Source: Balanoglossus misakiensis
Taxonomy: Eukaryota; Animalia; Hemichordata
DNA: 64,000 nucleotides
Assembly (NCBI GenBank): GCA_040954595.2
Contig: CM082585.2
Location: 12,016,241-12,080,240, forward strand
Direction of reading: 5' to 3'
Shown here: piece by piece, positions 1 to 10,712 of the stretch
How the letters are laid out: every line of letters starts with the position of its first letter
Numbering within the stretch: position 1 is the stretch's first letter
The notes under the pieces: generated by a model
Databases searched by the model: none
What the model saw: the letters and a program-made list of their open reading frames with translations, nothing else
What the model was told of the DNA's origin: nothing
Made by a program: the position numbers and the translations under genes

Positions 1-2055
1 ATTTGTGCAGTTTTAATAAAGTGCATAGGTAGAATGATTAATAATTCTGGGTTATGATCTGTCTCTAGTGATCTGATTTGATTTCCATATGGTTTGTTTT
101 GTCAACATGTGACATGTTTGATAAATTATGGATGAATCATTGGACAATATGGATATCATGTCTTTGTTATGCAAGGTTATTGACTATGCAGAGCCTCCAT
201 GTTAAAACCTATGAAGGATATTTTGAAGGATGTTTTCAGATCATTTGAAAGTGTCTATGAAAACGAGCGCCCTCTATGTGATACAAGAACTCTTCTAGCA
301 GTTCCCCAAGTCCTTGCTTCAATAGATCAAATTTAAGTGTGAGTTGAGCACTGAAAAAAAAAATGCTCAATTTGGCATGACTATATCAGTTTTCAGAACT
401 CTTAAGTTATCACTGGGGACAGTCTGTTTGTGAATTCTGTCTGACAGGATGTGTGTGATACTTGTAACTCTTGAAGTACGATACTTGCATTATACTTCTC
501 TGTGCTGTGTGTGGCACATGCAATTCAAGCTTATCTTACATTCTCAAATGTGGAAAGGATCTCTCAGTATCAACTCCAAGCTTGCGTTCTGTCATATTGA
601 TTTACATCATAGGGTTTGAATCTACATACTTGGGTGATGGTGTTGATGTTTTGGAGTGCTACGTGTTTTTGGCGTTGTAAAACAAGTACCCAGAGCAAGT
701 GAGGTCTTGTCAATCTGAAGTGTCAATTTACGATTACTTTTGAAAGACAGAAATGTGAATTTTGGTTGGTTAATACTCCCCAAATCAATCACAATATACA
801 GCGTTACTATCTACTTAAAGTTATTACCAACATGTACAAAATACCAGAGAGAAACTGAACTCTGACATAAACAAAGAATATAGAAAATGCAGCACAAGAG
901 GGCGCATTTACGTTGGTTGCGACAGCTGCCCCAAATTGATACGGTTCGCAATGTCTCTAGAGAATTTTTAAAACATGCCCTCTCTGTGACCTTTTTGCAA
1001 AGTACAAGGATATGAATGTGTAATCCAATCTGTTCTCAGACACCATTACTCGTTTACATGAAGTGATTTTAGCTCCGAGGCAGACAGATTATTTTTGGGA
1101 GGTAATTCTATAACAGAACCTGATGTATTTGCTATTTCTATTTTGGAATAATTGTAAATAAATTATTACCAAGATTGGATTGCAGTCTGAGTGTCAATTT
1201 GATTGAAGAGTAGTTCCTGTAGTGTCCTTTAAAAGAAATAGGATTGCTCAAACTTAGAACTGTTTTAAAGACAGAAATTTGTCAATAAAAGAGTTTCCAC
1301 TTTCTGTTCATTTGAAAATCCTTCCTTTTCCAGGTTGTGTGCAATTGTGATAATACAAACAGACACGGTGTATTGTCAGCAATTAAAGCCATCATAAAAC
1401 CAATTGTGTCATCATATTGTGTTTTTGTCCCTAGTGACCATTTAATCAGCTGACATGAATTAATAAATACAAAAAGGCCAAGTCACTGCATCTGAAAAGG
1501 GAAAAACATGTAGAGCGTGGAGCGTACATTGAATTATATTTCTAACGCTTCATTGATTTCATTTTAAAGCAAAGAAACGGCATGGGTCATTAATATTTAT
1601 AAACTTTGGAGAGCATAGCATTAGAGCGACCGCGTCATGACTAAGTTGTGTAGTCTGCAAGGTTCTCTTGTCGGCTCTATGCTCTCACCACGTCAATTTA
1701 CATCGCACATGTGTCTGGGCTGAATACACTCTCCTCCACTGGTTGTTCATTTCCACGAGATTGAAGTTGGACGTTGGCAGTATCAGGGACCAGATTGTGT
1801 TTGTTTTCTCTGCTGCTCTGCTGCATATTCTCTGCAAACTCTTGTTTAAACCCAGCGGGAAGCAATCCGAGGCAAACACCTTGTAATGCAATTTACAGGA
1901 AAAAATTTCCAGTGATTTTGTGAGTTGCATATGAGACTTCCTTTAAATCCGAAACGACGACTGTTCTGTGTTCAAAACCAAAGACTGGCTATTGGCTTTA
2001 TCAACTTCTATGTGATTGTGTACCGCATTCCTCGGGGAAAAAATTCAGAGAGAAA

Positions 2056-2109
2056 ATGAAAACAAAGGAGAAGCGAAGTGCCTGTATGTGTTGGGTCAGC
2101 CAAAATAAG
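2056..2109 (+). CDS. DLG1: Candidate alpha-type alternative first coding exon of Dlg (MKTKEKRSACMCWVSQNK)
   Basis: aaaATG start, AAG|gtaaag donor, 54 nt, phase 0. Spliced to 9542 it gives CMCWVSQNKYRYQ, the same spacing as PSD-95 [13 protein letters not shown]. Confidence 0.65.
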
Positions 2110-3401
2110 GTAAAGTCACAAATTCAAGTTTTCAGGTGGAAAATGTTAATTTCTGTTGATGATTGTACGTTTGTCTGTGAGAAATCAGTGTCTGGCCTGC
2201 ACGCTCAAACATCAGTGAATCAGCTTCAGTGGCTGATTGTAGGATTTATTTATTACCACTCACGATTACAGTCGATGGCTCGGATGAAAATGTACTGAAT
2301 TTTCCCGTCTCTGAACAAATATGGTCTTGACATGGAGACTGCAGTAATAGGGCAAGAATTGCGAATTCAAGTGAATTCAGCTCAGGTTGGATAGTTTATG
2401 GCAACCGTTAATGTTATTTAGTACTGCAGTGTACCACTGTTCCTGTCCATCATGTCTCGGTGGCATTTCACACCACATAAAATCGGACCTTTAATTCGTG
2501 CAGAATGACAAAATTGATGTCCCTGGACTAAAGTGTAGTAATCCCTCCAACCTCTGTATTCCCAATTCACCTAAATGATTTCTGTCTTTTACGTGTGACA
2601 AATTTCCTTTCACCTAGTGTTTTTAACAGCATTGCATAAAGAGTGGCAGATTTTTTTTCTGGAAGACAGAATTAAATCTCAGAATAAAAGTAAAAAAACT
2701 AAGTCAGTGATCCATTACCTGAACTACTGAAGGAACATTTTACCGCTAATTATTATTTGAGCCATTTTGATCCGTTGCCATGGCTTCCGGGAGATGAGGC
2801 TTGAAAATGGCCGCCGCTTCACGTTTTATAGTCAGGTTGTTCCTGCAGGGATACAAATAGCAGTGCTTGGTTGGCTACTTGAAGCAAATTGAGACCGGTG
2901 TGATTTTAACAACAATCGATAATGATTCTGTAATTTGAACTCATAGTCTAACCTCAGGAAATGCTGTTCTGGATCACCTTTCAAAGAATTGTAATGAAAA
3001 GAGAAGGTCTCCGTTTCAATAATTATCTGCGCTGAAGCAGGTAAAAAGCTGTAGTTCAAAATATGATAAAAAAATTAAAAACAGACATTATTTTCATCAG
3101 AACCTTTGCTATAACAAATTTAAAAACGAAAATAGGTGTGAAGAAAAGCATGGAATGTAATTTTGTTTGAGACCCAATATTGTAGATTTTTTCTTACAGC
3201 AGCTCAATCTGTTGTGTGCAGTTCTAAGAAATTGTCGAAGTGAAACTTACGGTCTCCATCGTTTAGTGTGTAATATGTTTAACTGTTTTTATGGGTGTAC
3301 TGGCTAGATCAACCTGTATGAATAAAATAGTCTGTATTGTGTTACATGTAAGAGGGGTAGAGTCAATATTGTAACTAGGGTTGGTGATTTACATATAGCA
3401 T

Positions 3402-3495
3402 GGAAAAGGGTAGCCTAGTATCTATGTGTATTTCGTCCGCTAGTTTTGGAAGGAAAGCGGACAAAATACGCATAGATAATGGGCTAGGAAAAGGG
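3402..3495. mobile_element. 76-bp hairpin MITE with 9-bp target-site duplication
   Basis: 31-bp imperfect inverted repeats (3411-3441 and 3456-3486, 27/31 match) flanked by the direct repeat GGAAAAGGG (3402-3410, 3487-3495). Confidence 0.75.
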
Positions 3496-4777
3496 AAAAC
3501 CAGTGGAAATATGTAAAATCTTTGACGGATTTCCCTCGGCTTCGAACCATCCCCTGAATTACCGATATCTTTCAGTAATGTCATTTTGTGAACTCAGTTT
3601 ATACAAACAAAGAACTGATTTATCTGTAATGGTTTTCAGTCCAGTTTGCACCTGCACTCAACTGATTTTGTGTTTGTATGGGAGAAAAAGCAGAGTTTTG
3701 CCCACAAGTGTGATTTTTACAGTAATTGGGTGGGTAATGTCAGGTCTACTTTCAGACTTGTCATCAGATTTCCAGTTTTTGCTGTCAGCTCTTCACCCCT
3801 TGAGAGATGTGATCATGTAAATTTTTCACTTTTGCCATCTCTTATTTTCCTTATAATATAATGTTATAATAGTTATTTGTTTCTCACTGATGAGGCTTGA
3901 TGATTTATGGGAAGGATCCCTGTAATGGCTGGTGGCATTGTTTTGATAATGCAGGTTTCAAATTTGTCGATCTCATATACATACACAGGGAGCATCATCT
4001 ATTTTTCAGTGGCTGTCTAATCCAGTTGATGAATGGTTTCGATGTCAGCATCACCATAGCAACTGCCACTTGCAGCCAATGAGAGTGTATGTACTGAGTG
4101 TTATCAATTCTGAGTCAGACTTTGTTAATGACTGTTGAATGTTTATGAAGCACGATTTTTGCATCTTGAAGAATCAAGGAATACTTCTGTAGTGGATACT
4201 GTGCATACATTTATGTACATGTATTCTGGACACATAATTGCATGGCGCATACCACAAATGTAATATCTTTCACATTGATATCTAGGTTAAAAGCAGTGCT
4301 CTGATGGGAAAGATTTATCGTGTTTCAAAATGCAGAACAAAATAAAAATTGTCACATCAAACAAGACTTTGTCATCATGTACATTTGTAAGTTTCTGAGA
4401 CACAAGTTGTAATGCAACCCTACAATATTCTCTGTAAGTATTGATGTCCTTTCTGATGCAAACAGCTGACGTCAATCATCAGTCGTAATAATTTGCATAA
4501 ATTTATCAAATGATGTGATCGTTAATGGGTTCGACGTTGCCACCATCCACCAAGAGCCAATCACTGATCATCAATGTCAAGCCATTATCCTATTCAATAG
4601 AAATCTTCCAAATAAACATAGTGTATTGATTTATTCTCGCTTTGGCTTCATTTGGGGAAAAAATGATGTCAAGTCTTGCCGATTATTTTGCTGTGTTCGT
4701 TATCCTTTGCGTGTTTGCGTAATAATTACTAAGGACACCTGGAGAAATATTTTGCCGCAGATATTATCACCACCACC

Positions 4778-4825
4778 ATGTTGCCTGTGTACATCACTCC
4801 AGCTTGTGTGCGAACAAAACGCAAG
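4778..4825 (+). CDS. DLG1: Candidate alternative first coding exon of Dlg (MLPVYITPACVRTKRK)
   Basis: CCACCATG Kozak context, AAG|gtactt donor, phase 0, ends in K before YRYQ; CCAAT box about 220 bp upstream. Confidence 0.5.
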
Positions 4826-7554
4826 GTACTTTCAGATTTAATTTGACTTGATTTTCAGGGCGTTATTTTATGAAATTAACTCTGTTCCGAGTGAGGAGGT
4901 TGTGGTGAAATTAGTGCACTGTTGAATAGGCAAGTAGTAGCTGAAATTTGATAGTATTCTCATCAAGCAAGTAGTGTTTGCTGACGTCAACCAGTGCTGG
5001 CTTTCAATTTGTCATTATCGGTGGTTGTGTCTAAGTACGGACATGTTTTTTTATAAGAGTGGTGTTAACGTACCCATTTGAATTAAATGCTGTGCTTCAT
5101 TTGAGCTGATGTCTTATAGAGGACATCAAAACAAATATAAATTATACTTGTGTAATTGACACAAACATCAAGAGAAGAAGTGAACACCATAGAGGCTTCA
5201 TTCTTATGTTCACTATACTTTCACATTTCGGAAAATATACTTGACGTTTGCTCTAATATATATCTTGAATTTCCATATCAAAGCAACCTGATTTGAATTA
5301 TGGATATGACTAAATCTTGTCTTTGTACATCAATTCAGCTGAAAATGTAATACAGCACACTGCGGTTCTGTTGAGCAGTATTTGACAACACTTGCAGCGA
5401 TTGCTGTGTGCATGTCATTTGAGTATCATCCGTGGCAAGTGCATTTGGATGGATTCTATCAAAGATTGTCTGATTTCGCATTGTTTGAGTTTCTAAAAAT
5501 ATATCTGGTGCTGCATTTGCTATTAAGGCTGGCTTTGTCTGGATGGGTAGATGCACTTAAGAAGACATGGGTTTGTAATCTGCCCAGCATGCAGTATACA
5601 GGTTACTAGAGTGAATTTGGTGTTATTGGAGATTCTAAAAATAAATCTGCTTGCATATACACAATTGCCATGCCCTTCAGATGGACTGTGCACCTTCACA
5701 ATTTAAAAAGAACTGTAGTGTGTTCACTATTGCAAAATACCATCCTTGCCTTCCAGCCATGTAAAATTACTTGTAGATGTAACCAGAGTTATTGCATGTG
5801 AGATAGATAGTTATCCATGTGTGAAATTGACAAAGCGCGGAAAGATGCTAACAGCAGTTTCCATGGTTTCCGCGAGCGTTGTGAAAATTAGCATTGGAGA
5901 GGCAGGAAATTGGAAGTGTGTTGGGATAGCTTCTGCAGACAGTGTGCTCTTAAGTCAGATAATCAGGTTGAATATGGTTGGATGTTTTTAGAAACATGTT
6001 CAAAATGAGAGGAAAGTTGTTGCATTTTCAGCCCTGTTTGGAATCAGATGAGATGGAAAGGTGATTCTGCATTGTGTAAAATGATAGTAAGATACTTGTC
6101 TGTTTAATAAATCAGTGAATTACAGGTTAACAGTCATCAATCTTCTTAATGGTTGTTTTGTGTCTGTTTATTCGATTTTCGCTCTCCTTAAGATTTCTTC
6201 TGGGCAGAGATTTTAGAAAGCTTTGAAGAATAATTGGATTATTGTAATAGTGATCACAGAATGTGGAAACTGGTCATGTGGTGTTTTGTGCGTTGGCACA
6301 AATGTTCAAATAACCAAGAAATTGTCAGAGCGCCCCCTGGAGATCATATCCTAAAATGTCTTGCAACTTAAACAGGAAGATCAGCTGAAAATGATCAGTA
6401 TTAAACTGGCATAGATTGCTTGAGTCTCTTGACAAAGATTATGGATAGCTTTGTTCATAAAACATTTTTTTATCACATGAGTAGAGTGATGGTTAATCCT
6501 GATGTTAGTCAAACAGAATGGTTCATTGGTTGTGGAGGGACGTACTTGAGCCAAACTGAGGAATTCTAGTACCTTATCTCAAAAAAATGTATTGTACTAT
6601 ATGCCCTGAGTGAAGAAACCTTGTTGTTTCTGCTTATCCCTATTGCATCCTGATTACCAAAACATGTCAATGTTCATTATTAAATTCAATCTTTGCAACC
6701 GGAATTGAAGTTTAGTTTTATATCAATAAATACATTGGTTGTTTGGGTTACATTGATAAATGTTCGTACCATGATTTTACTCATGTCCATTGTAATTCCT
6801 ATAAAACGTAGCATTGTTGCAAACTCCTGCATTAATTATCAAAGACACAGCATGTACTAAAAACCACAATACAATCACCTTTCTTTCGTTTTACTTGACA
6901 AAAATCGATTGGTCTTATGTGAGGAGATCGGCAATTAAGTTTGGTCAAGGGTATTTTATCTATTAGGTTATCATTTGACTTCACATATCAGTAAATTTAT
7001 CTCATATGACCTGGCCATGACATTTAAACTTCTGTACAAGTTGTGACTAGTTAATATTTGACACTTTATGGTTCCAACATCATATCAGACAAATCTAGAG
7101 GAAAAACGCTTTGCAAATATCGATTTTGTCACTTGAAATTCCAATCAAAGTCACTGTTATCAGACAATTTTATATTGTTTAAAATGTAATAAAGAATTCA
7201 TTGAGTTTGAGATTAGCTTTTTGTCTCATTTAAATAAAGATGATATAAATATATTTCAGAAGAACTGCTGATCAAGACATTTTGTTCTGGCACCCTACTG
7301 ATCTGGGTTGACAATTTTAAAGTCTCATATTTTTCAAACCAAGTACGTGCCTGGTCAGTGGTGGGGATTGGTGATTTCATTAATCAATACAAGAAAACAA
7401 CCACAACAGCACATGTCAAAAGAATTCTGTTTGTTTTAATTTCTTGTTTATATGTGGACATAATTAACTGTAGTTGTTGAGTACAAAGTCCTTTTAAAAC
7501 ACAGTTGCCATCAACATTTCTGCTGTTGGTGTTCCGGGATTTGGGATCTGTAAC

Positions 7555-7623
7555 ATGCAGCCTTTACGACGACCTGATATGTACCACAGGTGTTACAGAA
7601 CCAACGTACGCTGGCAAACTCAG
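7555..7623 (+). CDS. DLG1: Candidate alternative first coding exon of Dlg (MQPLRRPDMYHRCYRTNVRWQTQ)
   Basis: aacATG start, CAG|gtgagg donor, 69 nt, phase 0. CYRTNV recalls PSD-93 CYCALRTNV. Confidence 0.45.
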
Positions 7624-8835
7624 GTGAGGGAGGAAATTCTAAGAAAAATGGCAGTATACATGCGCATAGTACAGCATAATTAGTGTCCTGGAGGATAAAA
7701 TATCCCTTGGTGAAACATTCCAGACAGAGAACTCCATACATTTCATAGTGTAACTTGTCATTCGTATCAAGTTGGACTTCAGAGATTCCGGCAAAAGATT
7801 TTCCAGAGATTCCGTCAAATTTTACGTCTGTGCTGTTAAAGCCAGACAGTGCAAGTTTTATGATAGAGGGTTTAAATAACTCAGGTGTATGGTGTGAATT
7901 TAATTAGTGATTGTGGAATCTGTCATGGTTGATAAATTCATTTCCTATAGAGATGGTTGGTGTAAATGATAATTTGTTGGGCACTTTGACGGCTGTCCAG
8001 GTCTTATCCTCAATTCCTATCGTCTTAAGTGGAATCTTCCAATAAGTATGTGAAGATAGTGGGATTATTCCATTGCACCACATGTGGGGGGATGTCATCT
8101 TTGAAAAACCATTAACTTGTGTATGAGGAGACTACTAAAGACTCATGTATGAATTTCTTAAAATTAAACTCCAAAAGTTTGATGTATGCTAATGTCTGAT
8201 AAAAACAATTTCTGAACTCCCATCTGATATAAGCAGTCAAATTAATTATTTGGAAGAAAATATTTTGATAGCTGGTTCCACTCGGGTGATCTGTGTGATA
8301 GATTTATTGGGCAAGCTCTTGGAAACCCTTTCTAAGTCAATAGTTCCATTTGTGTCTGCCTCTGATGCTCTCATTATTTCAGTCAACTCATTAGATAGTC
8401 AAGTACAAGATGCGTCCATATCTCGCTAATTTCCTCGCGACATGGAATGCAGATGCGCAATCTTTTGCTGCGGTCTTCAGGTAGCCTGTGTAAATATTCA
8501 TGTTTTTTTTGTCGTAATTTTCATTTTCTTCCCTTGTGTGTGGAAACAGTGATTTGTTTTGATTTTCATAAATTTATGAAAGTTTTTTCTTGGCTTTTGG
8601 CTTCAGGAGCAAAGGAGAAGTTGTTACCTTTAGTATCTCTCATGTTTTAAATGATCCTCCAAATCTCCTCTACAACATTTCATCTGAACCTGCAGTCATT
8701 GTTGTACATCCAAATTGTATTTATTGTTTGGCAACCCCCAGGGCCCACCCCAATCAATTTTCTACAATGTCCATAAAAAGTAGCTGACTGCCTGTATCCC
8801 CAAGTCAGTGTAATGTGTTCATGCATAACTACATG

Positions 8836-9276
8836 TACAGTGCAGCTTAGGAATAGCTTTCCAACTGCACCAACACTGGGTCAGCTCTGTTTAAACACTG
8901 GGTCAACTCTGGGTTGGCACCCTATTGGCGCTCTAATTAGCACCTATTGGGCTTGTGTTTAACTGGGGTGTTCCAAAACAATAGGGTGCGCCAAGGTGCT
9001 AACACTGAACAATGCCAAGTGCCAGGGCCAACAGATTCACACCTTTGTAACACTTGGAACACACAGGCTAACACTGTGTGCCAAAACAATAGGGTGCGCC
9101 AAGGTTTAACACCTTTGTAGCACATGCTAACACTGAACAATACCAAGTGCCAGGGCCAGCAGATTCACACCTTTGTAACACTTGGAACACACAGGCTAAC
9201 ACTGTGTTGGCTCATTATAAACACCGTGTCAGCAAGTTGTTAGCAAATTGGAAAGCTATTCCTAAGCTGCACTGTA
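8836..9276. mobile_element. Tc1/mariner-type MITE with TA target duplication
   Basis: Perfect inverted ends ta-cagtgcagcttaggaatagctttccaa (8836-8864) and ttggaaagctattcctaagctgcactg-ta (9248-9276). Internal direct repeats; no transposase. Confidence 0.88.
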
Positions 9277-9541
9277 AGGTATTATAATGTAGACATGCCT
9301 CCTGAAGCGTAGTCTGTACACAGGTAAGTGCTATGATGTTAGATTTTAGAAAGAGCAACCAGGGATGTCAGTAGCACCATGTAATGCGCGACATACAGGT
9401 AAGTAGGGGAAACCATCTTTTAGATGTGTATGTGGGTTCAAGCTTAGCATCTCTCCTGTTTCAGATAATGAACACCCGGAATGAGACATCCCATCTGAGC
9501 CACACTTAACCTCTCGTATTTCTTCTCATCCCTTTTCCCAG

Positions 9542-9697
9542 TACCGGTATCAAGATGATGAGTTGCCGCCGCCCCCACCGGAACTCGTGCCGCAGGAGAA
9601 CACACCGAGGCTGGTGCCGGTCACAGGAAGCAGCTACGACAGAAACATAGAAAATGTGCAGTCGTACGTGCAACAGACCAGGGTGTCCCCACCAAGA
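9542..9697 (+). CDS. DLG1: Dlg exon: common N-terminal segment [18 protein letters not shown]...[17 protein letters not shown]
   Basis: Polypyrimidine tract and ccag acceptor, donor aga|gtgagt, 156 nt, phase 0-0. Resembles DLG1/DLG2 KYRYQDED...IENVHGYV..SHISP. Confidence 0.9.
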
Positions 9698-10650
9698 GTG
9701 AGTACATGTCTGATGATCACCCTTAACCCTTTCACCACCATGGTCCCGTCTAAATCCATTGTTTCCTATGGTACAGTAGGACCTATATCGAGGGAACTGG
9801 GGTGAAAGAGTTAAAAGACCTCAACATTAGGCAAACAAAGTATCTGTGCATGGCATCAGCTCATAGATAATTTGCCACATTTATGAATATCACTCAGTGT
9901 TGCAGGATGCAGACGCACGTCTTACTGAAATTAAATATGTGACACATAGCAATGCATCTGTCCCGGCCCTTTTCAAACTTTATGTCAGATTTCCTGTTTT
10001 ACCGTTTTTGAAGGAGCATGTATTGTTCACAAGATGTGACATCATCTTGGTACTCGTCATTAATATTAGGAAGACCAAAAATTGCCACCAGAACAAGATT
10101 TTTATGAAATTTGAGCAAATTACTGGTTAGCTGCGATCAGTCTGCATGGTTTCAGAAATCGTACTCCATTACTGTTCATCGACCTGTGTTCCCTCTGGGG
10201 ATTAAAGCCTGTAATTACAGCAATTTGCTGCATAGTGGAACACCCATAGAGGAAATGCCTACTCAGTGTCTGTGCTATGTATAGATCTCTAAAAGCCTGA
10301 GACGTTTCTGTCTACAGGGATGTCCTGCTTGTGAACTATCCCTGCGCTCCCTGTTTGAAATATCTGTCGCCCTATTTTGGTATCCAGCAATCTAAAACTG
10401 TTTGTCTCGTTCCAAAGTGCTGTTACTCCTTCAGAAGACTAATTGCTGTGTCAAGAATAGTTTCCACTGTGCGGTTGATACTGACCCCCGTTCCTTGACA
10501 TTGGTTTCACCTCTGTGATAGAGCTGGACCACTTTGTTTGCAAATGGTGACCATATGTGCTTGAGAATTCTTCTTGCTTCTTAAAGTGTGATTTTTGGAT
10601 AAATGCAATGTGGCTGTACATGTATGCTAGCATTTTGAATGTGTATTTAA

Positions 10651-10712
<62 letters not shown>

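Noticed and set aside
637-704. Cys-containing mini-ORF MVLMFWSATCFWRCKTSTQS with an aa|gtgagg donor
   Set aside because: It looks like an alpha-type N-terminus, but the donor is phase 2 and cannot join the phase-0 exon at 9542 in frame.
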